Notes under the pieces: generated by a model
Told to the model about the DNA's origin: nothing
Seen by the model: the letters and a program-made list of their open reading frames with translations, nothing else
The model's database searches: none
Shown: one piece after another, positions 53,201 to 64,000 of the stretch
Layout of the letters: each line of letters opens with the position of its first letter
Position numbering within the stretch: position 1 is the first letter of the stretch
Made by a program: the position numbers and the translations under genes
From: the human T2T-CHM13v2.0 reference genome, Homo sapiens
Strand: one strand, 5' to 3'
Assembly (NCBI RefSeq): GCF_009914755.1
Contig: NC_060934.1
DNA: 64,000 bases

Positions 53201-56200
53201 AGACAGAAGAATTCTCAGTAACTTCTTTGTGTTGTGTGTATTCAACTCACAGAGTTGAACCTTTCTTTAGAGGGAGCAGAGGTGAAACACTCTTTTTGTG
53301 GAATTTGCTAGTGTAGATTTCAAACGCTTCGAAGACAGTGATAGAAAAGGATATATCTTCGTATTAAAAGTAGACAAAATCATTCTCAGAAAACTCTTTG
53401 TGATGTGTGTGTTCAACTCACAGAGTTTAACCTTTCTTTAATCGAGCAGTTTGGAAATACACTCTTTGTAAGTCTGCAGGTGGATATTTGGCCCTCTTTG
53501 AGCCCTTCGTTGGAAACGGGATTTCCTCATATAATGCTAGACAGAAGAATTCTCAGTAACTTCTTTGTGTTGTTTGTATTCAACACACAGATTTGAACCT
53601 TCCTTTAGAGAGAGCAGATTTGAAACACTCTGTTTTTGGAATTTGCAAGTGCAGATTTCAAGCGCTTCTAGGCCTATGGCAGAAAAGGAAATATCTTCGT
53701 ATAAAAACTACACAGAATCATTCTCAACAACTACTTTGTGATGTGTGCGTTCAACTCACAGAGTTTAACCTTTCTTTTCATAGAGCAGTTTGGAAACACT
53801 CTGTTTGTAAAGCCTGCAAGTGCTTTTTTGGACTTCATTGAGGCCTTCGTTGGAAACGGGATTTCTTCATATAATGCTAGACAGAAGAATTCTCAGTCAC
53901 TTGTTTGTGTTGTGTGTATTCAAGTCACAGAGTTGAACCTTCCTTTAGACAGAGCAGTTTTGAAAAATTCTTTCTGTGGAGTTTGCAAGTGGAGATTTCA
54001 AGCGATTTGAGGCTAATCTTTGAAATGGAAATATCTTCGTGTAAAAACTACACAGAATCATTCTCAGAAACTGCTTTGTCATCTGTGCGTTCAGTTCACA
54101 GAGTTTCACCTTTCTCTTCATAGAGCAGTTTGGAAAGACTCTGTCTGTAAAGTCTGCAAGTGATTAGTTAGACCCCTTTGAGGCCTTCGTTGGAAGCGGG
54201 ATTTCTCATTTACTGCTAGACAGAAGAATTCTCAGTAAATCCTTTGTGTTGTGTGTATTCAACTCACAGAGTGGAACCTTCCTTTATTCAGAGCAGTTTT
54301 GAAAAACACTTTTTGTGGAATTTGCAAGTGGAGATTTCAAGCGATTTGACGCCAATCTTAGACATGGAAATATCTTCATATTAAAAGTACACAGAGTCAT
54401 TCGTAGAAACTAGTTTGTGATGTGTGCCTTCAACTCACAGAGTTTAACCTTTCTTTTCATAGAGCAGTTTGGAAACACTCTATTTGTAAAGTCTGCAAGT
54501 GGATATTTGGACCTCTTTGAGGCCTTCGTTGGAAACGGGATTTCTTCATACAACGCTAGACAGAAGAATTCTCAGTAACTTCTTTGTGTTGTGTGTATTC
54601 AACTCACAGAGTTGAACCTTTCTTTAGAGAGAGCAGAGTTGAAACACTCTGTTTTTGGAATTTGCAACTGCAGATTTCAAGCGATTCTAGGCCTATGGCA
54701 GAAAAGGAAATATCTTCGTATAAAAACTACACAGAATCATTCTCAACAACTACTTTGTGATGTGTGCGTTCAACTCACAGAGTTTAACCTTTCTTTTCAT
54801 AGAGCAGTTTGGAAACACTCTGTTTGTAAAGCCTGCAAGTGCTTTTTTGGACTTCATTGAGGCCTTCGTTGGAAACGGGATTTCTTCATATAATGCTAGA
54901 CAGAAGAATTCTCAGTCACTTCTTTGTGTTGTGTGTATTCAAGTCACAGAGTTGAACCTTCCTTTAGACAGAGCAGTTTTGAAAAATTCTTTCTGTGTAA
55001 TTTGCAAGTGGAGATTTCAAGCGATTTGAGGCTAATCTTTGAAATGGAAATATCTTCGTGTAAAAACTACACAGAATCATTCTCAGAAACTGCTTTGTCA
55101 TCTGTGCGTTCAGTTCACAGAGTTTCACCTTTCTCTTCATAGAGCAGTTTGGAAAGACTCTGTCTGTAAAGTCTGCAAGTGATTAGTTAGACCCCTTTGA
55201 GGCCTTCGTTGGAAGCGGGATTTCTCATTTACTGCTAGACAGAAGAATTCTCAGTAAATCCTTTGTGTTGTGTGTATTCAACTCACAGAGTGGAACCTTC
55301 CTTTATTCAGAGCAGTTTTGAAACACTCTTTTTGTGGAATTTGCAAGTGGAGATTTCAAGCGATTTGACGCCAATCTTAGACATGGAAATATCTTCATAT
55401 TAAAAGTACACAGAGTCATTCGTAGAAACTAGTTTGTGATGTGTGCCTTCAACTCACAGAGTTTAACCTTTCTTTTCATAGAGCAGTTGGGAAACACTCT
55501 ATTTGTAAAGTCTGCAAGTGGATATTTGGACCTCTTTGAGGCCTTCGTTGGAAACGGGATTTCTTCATATAACGCTAGACAGAAGAATTCTCAGTAACTT
55601 CTTTGTGTTGTGTGTATTCAACTCACAGAGTTGAACCTTTCTTTAGAGGGAGCAGAGGTGAAACACTCTTTTTGTGGAATTTGCTAGTGTAGATTTCAAA
55701 CGCTTCGAAGACAGTGATAGAAAAGGATATATCTTCGTATTAAAAGTAGACAAAATCATTCTCAGAAAACTCTTTGTGATGTGTGTGTTCAACTCACAGA
55801 GTTTAACCTTTCTTTAATCGAGCAGTTTGGAAATACACTCTTTGTAAGTCTGCAGGTGGATATTTGGCCCTCTTTGAGCCCTTCGTTGGAAACGGGATTT
55901 CCTCATATAATGCTAGACAGAAGAATTCTCAGTAACTTCTTTGTGTTGTTTGTATTCAACACACAGATTTGAACCTTCCTTTAGAGAGAGCAGATTTGAA
56001 ACACTCTGTTTTTGGAATTTGCAAGTGCAGATTTCAAGCGCTTCTAGGCCTATGGCAGAAAAGGAAATATCTTCGTATAAAAACTACACAGAATCATTCT
56101 CAACAACTACTTTGTGATGTGTGCGTTCAACTCACAGAGTTTAACCTTTCTTTTCATAGAGCAGTTTGGAAACACTCTGTTTGTAAAGCCTGCAAGTGCT

Positions 56201-59200
56201 TTTTTGGACTTCATTGAGGCCTTCGTTGGAAACGGGATTTCTTCATATAATGCTAGACAGAAGAATTCTCAGTCACTTCTTTGTGTTGTGTGTATTCAAG
56301 TCACAGAGTTGAACCTTCCTTTAGACAGAGCAGTTTTGAAAAATTCTTTCTGTGGAGTTTGCAAGTGGAGATTTCAAGCGATTTGAGGCTAATCTTTGAA
56401 ATGGAAATATCTTCGTGTAAAAACTACACAGAATCATTCTCAGAAACTGCTTTGTCATCTGTGCGTTCAGTTCACAGAGTTTCACCTTTCTCTTCATAGA
56501 GCAGTTTGGAAAGACTCTGTCTGTAAAGTCTGCAAGTGATTAGTTAGACCCCTTTGAGGCCTTCGTTGGAAGCGGGATTTCTCATTTACTGCTAGACAGA
56601 AGAATTCTCAGTAAATCCTTTGTGTTGTGTGTATTCAACTCACAGAGTGGAACCTTCCTTTATTCAGAGCAGTTTTGAAAAACACTTTTTGTGGAATTTG
56701 CAAGTGGAGATTTCAAGCGATTTGACGCCAATCTTAGACATGGAAATATCTTCATATTAAAAGTACACAGAGTCATTCGTAGAAACTAGTTTGTGATGTG
56801 TGCCTTCAACTCACAGAGTTTAACCTTTCTTTTCATAGAGCAGTTTGGAAACACTCTATTTGTAAAGTCTGCAAGTGGATATTTGGACCTCTTTGAGGCC
56901 TTCGTTGGAAACGGGATTTCTTCATACAACGCTAGACAGAAGAATTCTCAGTAACTTCTTTGTGTTGTGTGTATTCAACTCACAGAGTTGAACCTTTCTT
57001 TAGAGAGAGCAGAGTTGAAACACTCTGTTTTTGGAATTTGCAAGTGCAGATTTCAAGCGATTCTAGGCCTATGGCAGAAAAGGAAATATCTTCGTATAAA
57101 AACTACACAGAATCATTCTCAACAACTACTTTGTGATGTGTGCGTTCAACTCACAGAGTTTAACCTTTCTTTTCATAGAGCAGTTTGGAAACACTCTGTT
57201 TGTAAAGCCTGCAAGTGCTTTTTTGGACTTCATTGAGGCCTTCGTTGGAAACGGGATTTCTTCATATAATGCTAGACAGAAGAATTCTCAGTCACTTCTT
57301 TGTGTTGTGTGTATTCAAGTCACAGAGTTGAACCTTCCTTTAGACAGAGCAGTTTTGAAAAATTCTTTCTGTGTAATTTGCAAGTGGAGATTTCAAGCGA
57401 TTTGAGGCTAATCTTTGAAATGGAAATATCTTCGTGTAAAAACTACACAGAATCATTCTCAGAAACTGCTTTGTCATCTGTGCGTTCAGTTCACAGAGTT
57501 TCACCTTTCTCTTCATAGAGCAGTTTGGAAAGACTCTGTCTGTAAAGTCTGCAAGTGATTAGTTAGACCCCTTTGAGGCCTTCGTTGGAAGCGGGATTTC
57601 TCATTTACTGCTAGACAGAAGAATTCTCAGTAAATCCTTTGTGTTGTGTGTATTCAACTCACAGAGTGGAACCTTCCTTTATTCAGAGCAGTTTTGAAAC
57701 ACTCTTTTTGTGGAATTTGCAAGTGGAGATTTCAAGCGATTTGACGCCAATCTTAGACATGGAAAAATCTTCATATTAAAAGTACACAGAGTCATTCGTA
57801 GAAACTAGTTTGTGATGTGTGCCTTCAACTCACAGAGTTTAACCTTTCTTTTCATAGAGCAGTTGGGAAACACTCTATTTGTAAAGTCTGCAAGTGGATA
57901 TTTGGACCTCTTTGAGGCCTTCGTTGGAAACGGGATTTCTTCATATAACGCTAGACAGAAGAATTCTCAGTAACTTCTTTGTGTTGTGTGTATTCAACTC
58001 ACAGAGTTGAACCTTTCTTTAGAGGGAGCAGAGGTGAAACACTCTTTTTGTGGAATTTGCTAGTGTAGATTTCAAACGCTTCGAAGACAGTGATAGAAAA
58101 GGATATATCTTCGTATTAAAAGTAGACAAAATCATTCTCAGAAAACTCTTTGTGATGTGTGTGTTCAACTCACAGAGTTTAACCTTTCTTTAATCGAGCA
58201 GTTTGGAAATACACTCTTTGTAAGTCTGCAGGTGGATATTTGGCCCTCTTTGAGCCCTTCGTTGGAAACGGGATTTCCTCATATAATGCTAGACAGAAGA
58301 ATTCTCAGTAACTTCTTTGTGTTGTTTGTATTCAACACACAGATTTGAACCTTCCTTTAGAGAGAGCAGATTTGAAACACTCTGTTTTTGGAATTTGCAA
58401 GTGCAGATTTCAAGCGCTTCTAGGCCTATGGCAGAAAAGGAAATATCTTCGTATAAAAACTACACAGAATCATTCTCAACAACTACTTTGTGATGTGTGC
58501 GTTCAACTCACAGAGTTTAACCTTTCTTTTCATAGAGCAGTTTGGAAACACTCTGTTTGTAAAGCCTGCAAGTGCTTTTTTGGACTTCATTGAGGCCTTC
58601 GTTGGAAACGGGATTTCTTCATATAATGCTAGACAGAAGAATTCTCAGTCACTTCTTTGTGTTGTGTGTATTCAAGTCACAGAGTTGAACCTTCCTTTAG
58701 ACAGAGCAGTTTTGAAAAATTCTTTCTGTGGAGTTTGCAAGTGGAGATTTCAAGCGATTTGAGGCTAATCTTTGAAATGGAAATATCTTCGTGTAAAAAC
58801 TACACAGAATCATTCTCAGAAACTGCTTTGTCATCTGTGCGTTCAGTTCACAGAGTTTCACCTTTCTCTTCATAGAGCAGTTTGGAAAGACTCTGTCTGT
58901 AAAGTCTGCAAGTGATTAGTTAGACCCCTTTGAGGCCTTCGTTGGAAGCGGGATTTCTCATTTACTGCTAGACAGAAGAATTCTCAGTAAATCCTTTGTG
59001 TTGTGTGTATTCAACTCACAGAGTGGAACCTTCCTTTATTCAGAGCAGTTTTGAAAAACACTTTTTGTGGAATTTGCAAGTGGAGATTTCAAGCGATTTG
59101 ACGCCAATCTTAGACATGGAAATATCTTCATATTAAAAGTACACAGAGTCATTCGTAGAAACTAGTTTGTGATGTGTGCCTTCAACTCACAGAGTTTAAC

Positions 59201-62200
59201 CTTTCTTTTCATAGAGCAGTTTGGAAACACTCTATTTGTAAAGTCTGCAAGTGGATATTTGGACCTCTTTGAGGCCTTCGTTGGAAACGGGATTTCTTCA
59301 TACAACGCTAGACAGAAGAATTCTCAGTAACTTCTTTGTGTTGTGTGTATTCAACTCACAGAGTTGAACCTTTCTTTAGAGAGAGCAGAGTTGAAACACT
59401 CTGTTTTTGGAATTTGCAACTGCAGATTTCAAGCGATTCTAGGCCTATGGCAGAAAAGGAAATATCTTCGTATAAAAACTACACAGAATCATTCTCAACA
59501 ACTACTTTGTGATGTGTGCGTTCAACTCACAGAGTTTAACCTTTCTTTTCATAGAGCAGTTTGGAAACACTCTGTTTGTAAAGCCTGCAAGTGCTTTTTT
59601 GGACTTCATTGAGGCCTTCGTTGGAAACGGGATTTCTTCATATAATGCTAGACAGAAGAATTCTCAGTCACTTCTTTGTGTTGTGTGTATTCAAGTCACA
59701 GAGTTGAACCTTCCTTTAGACAGAGCAGTTTTGAAAAATTCTTTCTGTGTAATTTGCAAGTGGAGATTTCAAGCGATTTGAGGCTAATCTTTGAAATGGA
59801 AATATCTTCGTGTAAAAACTACACAGAATCATTCTCAGAAACTGCTTTGTCATCTGTGCGTTCAGTTCACAGAGTTTCACCTTTCTCTTCATAGAGCAGT
59901 TTGGAAAGACTCTGTCTGTAAAGTCTGCAAGTGATTAGTTAGACCCCTTTGAGGCCTTCGTTGGAAGCGGGATTTCTCATTTACTGCTAGACAGAAGAAT
60001 TCTCAGTAAATCCTTTGTGTTGTGTGTATTCAACTCACAGAGTGGAACCTTCCTTTATTCAGAGCAGTTTTGAAACACTCTTTTTGTGGAATTTGCAAGT
60101 GGAGATTTCAAGCGATTTGACGCCAATCTTAGACATGGAAATATCTTCATATTAAAAGTACACAGAGTCATTCGTAGAAACTAGTTTGTGATGTGTGCCT
60201 TCAACTCACAGAGTTTAACCTTTCTTTTCATAGAGCAGTTGGGAAACACTCTATTTGTAAAGTCTGCAAGTGGATATTTGGACCTCTTTGAGGCCTTCGT
60301 TGGAAACGGGATTTCTTCATATAACGCTAGACAGAAGAATTCTCAGTAACTTCTTTGTGTTGTGTGTATTCAACTCACAGAGTTGAACCTTTCTTTAGAG
60401 GGAGCAGAGGTGAAACACTCTTTTTGTGGAATTTGCTAGTGTAGATTTCAAACGCTTCGAAGACAGTGATAGAAAAGGATATATCTTCGTATTAAAAGTA
60501 GACAAAATCATTCTCAGAAAACTCTTTGTGATGTGTGTGTTCAACTCACAGAGTTTAACCTTTCTTTAATCGAGCAGTTTGGAAATACACTCTTTGTAAG
60601 TCTGCAGGTGGATATTTGGCCCTCTTTGAGCCCTTCGTTGGAAACGGGATTTCCTCATATAATGCTAGACAGAAGAATTCTCAGTAACTTCTTTGTGTTG
60701 TTTGTATTCAACACACAGATTTGAACCTTCCTTTAGAGAGAGCAGATTTGAAACACTCTGTTTTTGGAATTTGCAAGTGCAGATTTCAAGCGCTTCTAGG
60801 CCTATGGCAGAAAAGGAAATATCTTCGTATAAAAACTACACAGAATCATTCTCAACAACTACTTTGTGATGTGTGCGTTCAACTCACAGAGTTTAACCTT
60901 TCTTTTCATAGAGCAGTTTGGAAACACTCTGTTTGTAAAGCCTGCAAGTGCTTTTTTGGACTTCATTGAGGCCTTCGTTGGAAACGGGATTTCTTCATAT
61001 AATGCTAGACAGAAGAATTCTCAGTCACTTGTTTGTGTTGTGTGTATTCAAGTCACAGAGTTGAACCTTCCTTTAGACAGAGCAGTTTTGAAAAATTCTT
61101 TCTGTGGAGTTTGCAAGTGGAGATTTCAAGCGATTTGAGGCTAATCTTTGAAATGGAAATATCTTCGTGTAAAAACTACACAGAATCATTCTCAGAAACT
61201 GCTTTGTCATCTGTGCGTTCAGTTCACAGAGTTTCACCTTTCTCTTCATAGAGCAGTTTGGAAAGACTCTGTCTGTAAAGTCTGCAAGTGATTAGTTAGA
61301 CCCCTTTGAGGCCTTCGTTGGAAGCGGGATTTCTCATTTACTGCTAGACAGAAGAATTCTCAGTAAATCCTTTGTGTTGTGTGTATTCAACTCACAGAGT
61401 GGAACCTTCCTTTATTCAGAGCAGTTTTGAAAAACACTTTTTGTGGAATTTGCAAGTGGAGATTTCAAGCGATTTGACGCCAATCTTAGACATGGAAATA
61501 TCTTCATATTAAAAGTACACAGAGTCATTCGTAGAAACTAGTTTGTGATGTGTGCCTTCAACTCACAGAGTTTAACCTTTCTTTTCATAGAGCAGTTTGG
61601 AAACACTCTATTTGTAAAGTCTGCAAGTGGATATTTGGACCTCTTTGAGGCCTTCGTTGGAAACGGGATTTCTTCATACAACGCTAGACAGAAGAATTCT
61701 CAGTAACTTCTTTGTGTTGTGTGTATTCAACTCACAGAGTTGAACCTTTCTTTAGAGAGAGCAGAGTTGAAACACTCTGTTTTTGGAATTTGCAACTGCA
61801 GATTTCAAGCGATTCTAGGCCTATGGCAGAAAAGGAAATATCTTCGTATAAAAACTACACAGAATCATTCTCAACAACTACTTTGTGATGTGTGCGTTCA
61901 ACTCACAGAGTTTAACCTTTCTTTTCATAGAGCAGTTTGGAAACACTCTGTTTGTAAAGCCTGCAAGTGCTTTTTTGGACTTCATTGAGGCCTTCGTTGG
62001 AAACGGGATTTCTTCATATAATGCTAGACAGAAGAATTCTCAGTCACTTCTTTGTGTTGTGTGTATTCAAGTCACAGAGTTGAACCTTCCTTTAGACAGA
62101 GCAGTTTTGAAAAATTCTTTCTGTGTAATTTGCAAGTGGAGATTTCAAGCGATTTGAGGCTAATCTTTGAAATGGAAATATCTTCGTGTAAAAACTACAC

Positions 62201-63241
62201 AGAATCATTCTCAGAAACTGCTTTGTCATCTGTGCGTTCAGTTCACAGAGTTTCACCTTTCTCTTCATAGAGCAGTTTGGAAAGACTCTGTCTGTAAAGT
62301 CTGCAAGTGATTAGTTAGACCCCTTTGAGGCCTTCGTTGGAAGCGGGATTTCTCATTTACTGCTAGACAGAAGAATTCTCAGTAAATCCTTTGTGTTGTG
62401 TGTATTCAACTCACAGAGTGGAACCTTCCTTTATTCAGAGCAGTTTTGAAACACTCTTTTTGTGGAATTTGCAAGTGGAGATTTCAAGCGATTTGACGCC
62501 AATCTTAGACATGGAAATATCTTCATATTAAAAGTACACAGAGTCATTCGTAGAAACTAGTTTGTGATGTGTGCCTTCAACTCACAGAGTTTAACCTTTC
62601 TTTTCATAGAGCAGTTGGGAAACACTCTATTTGTAAAGTCTGCAAGTGGATATTTGGACCTCTTTGAGGCCTTCGTTGGAAACGGGATTTCTTCATATAA
62701 CGCTAGACAGAAGAATTCTCAGTAACTTCTTTGTGTTGTGTGTATTCAACTCACAGAGTTGAACCTTTCTTTAGAGGGAGCAGAGGTGAAACACTCTTTT
62801 TGTGGAATTTGCTAGTGTAGATTTCAAACGCTTCGAAGACAGTGATAGAAAAGGATATATCTTCGTATTAAAAGTAGACAAAATCATTCTCAGAAAACTC
62901 TTTGTGATGTGTGTGTTCAACTCACAGAGTTTAACCTTTCTTTAATCGAGCAGTTTGGAAATACACTCTTTGTAAGTCTGCAGGTGGATATTTGGCCCTC
63001 TTTGAGCCCTTCGTTGGAAACGGGATTTCCTCATATAATGCTAGACAGAAGAATTCTCAGTAACTTCTTTGTGTTGTTTGTATTCAACACACAGATTTGA
63101 ACCTTCCTTTAGAGAGAGCAGATTTGAAACACTCTGTTTTTGGAATTTGCAAGTGCAGATTTCAAGCGCTTCTAGGCCTATGGCAGAAAAGGAAATATCT
63201 TCGTATAAAAACTACACAGAATCATTCTCAACAACTACTTT
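44234..63241 (+). repeat. Regular 14-mer (6+8) super-unit, 8 copies of 2376 bp
   Basis: Anchors at 44234, 46610, 48986, 51362, 53738, 56114, 58490, 60866 and 63242 are exactly 2376 bp apart, each interval split 1019+1357. Confidence 0.95.
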
Positions 63242-64000
63242 GTGATGTGTGCGTTCAACTCACAGAGTTTAACCTTTCTTTTCATAGAGCAGTTTGGAAA
63301 CACTCTGTTTGTAAAGCCTGCAAGTGCTTTTTTGGACTTCATTGAGGCCTTCGTTGGAAACGGGATTTCTTCATATAATGCTAGACAGAAGAATTCTCAG
63401 TCACTTCTTTGTGTTGTGTGTATTCAAGTCACAGAGTTGAACCTTCCTTTAGACAGAGCAGTTTTGAAAAATTCTTTCTGTGGAGTTTGCAAGTGGAGAT
63501 TTCAAGCGATTTGAGGCTAATCTTTGAAATGGAAATATCTTCGTGTAAAAACTACACAGAATCATTCTCAGAAACTGCTTTGTCATCTGTGCGTTCAGTT
63601 CACAGAGTTTCACCTTTCTCTTCATAGAGCAGTTTGGAAAGACTCTGTCTGTAAAGTCTGCAAGTGATTAGTTAGACCCCTTTGAGGCCTTCGTTGGAAG
63701 CGGGATTTCTCATTTACTGCTAGACAGAAGAATTCTCAGTAAATCCTTTGTGTTGTGTGTATTCAACTCACAGAGTGGAACCTTCCTTTATTCAGAGCAG
63801 TTTTGAAAAACACTTTTTGTGGAATTTGCAAGTGGAGATTTCAAGCGATTTGACGCCAATCTTAGACATGGAAATATCTTCATATTAAAAGTACACAGAG
63901 TCATTCGTAGAAACTAGTTTGTGATGTGTGCCTTCAACTCACAGAGTTTAACCTTTCTTTTCATAGAGCAGTTTGGAAACACTCTATTTGTAAAGTCTGC

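Larger units (their letters stand above)
1..64000 (+). repeat. Alpha-satellite HOR array, SF1 (dimeric J1/J2-type), most likely D10Z1 (human chr10 centromere)
   Basis: Seen: ~170-bp alphoid monomers throughout, GAATTC every 338-340 bp (e.g. 10101, 10441, 10779, 11119, 11458), a CENP-B box in every second monomer, near-identical 1019/1357-bp units, and one orientation. Established knowledge: the 340-bp EcoRI dimer is typical of SF1, and 6-mer/8-mer RsaI units are described for chr10 alphoid DNA. Alpha satellite is near certain; the chr10 assignment (about 0.75) is from recall and needs alignment to HOR consensus sequences, since D12Z3 is also an SF1 8-mer. Confidence 0.98.

Noticed and set aside
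442-63242. The binary 6/8 unit order as an information-bearing code
   Set aside because: The order is explained by an alternating 14-mer plus the traced duplications and recombinant junctions; nothing supports a coding function.
297-63627. About 190 short ORFs (60-100 aa) repeating along the window
   Set aside because: They are translations of satellite monomers: mostly GTG/TTG starts, overlapping frames, the same period as the HOR, and no recognisable domain. They are useful only as positional and variant markers.
1-64000. CRISPR-like or other repeat-spacer system
   Set aside because: There are no unique spacers; all intervening sequence is itself alphoid, and no cas-like ORFs are present.
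1-64000. Transposon insertion (L1/Alu), inversion or non-satellite island
   Set aside because: All 53 anchor intervals are 1019 or 1357-1359 bp and sum exactly to 62800 bp, leaving no room for an insertion; CENP-B boxes stay on one strand.

Overview
The whole 64-kb window is one uninterrupted, single-orientation tandem array of primate (human-type) centromeric alpha satellite; I see no genes, RNA genes, transposon insertions or inversions. Monomers of ~167-171 bp alternate in the dimeric pattern of suprachromosomal family 1, with an EcoRI site (GAATTC) and a CENP-B box once per 338-340 bp. They form a highly homogeneous higher-order repeat (HOR) with two unit lengths: an 8-mer (1357 bp) and a 6-mer deletion derivative (1019 bp). 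These usually alternate as a 14-mer (2376 bp). This organisation, with one RsaI site per unit, best fits the chromosome 10 array D10Z1; that assignment is from recall, not from a database search. Using the recurring 'MMCAF..' ORF start as an anchor (54 anchors, 442-63242), the unit order is 8* 6 8* 6 6 8* 6 6 8 6 6 8 6 8 6 8 8 6 8 8 8 8 6 8 6 8 6 8 6 6 6 8 6 8 6 8 6 then (6 8)x8. That is 27 six-mers, 23 canonical 8-mers and 3 variant 8* units of 1358-1359 bp. Monomer letters A-H below are my own labels. All listed ORFs are artefacts of the repeat. I found no new gene-based system. The interesting signal is the array's micro-evolution: a chimeric 8-mer variant at the left end, an out-of-register conversion tract, several 6-mer junction types, multi-kb super-HOR duplications, and a central zone rich in mutated CENP-B boxes next to a right-hand zone where they are intact.
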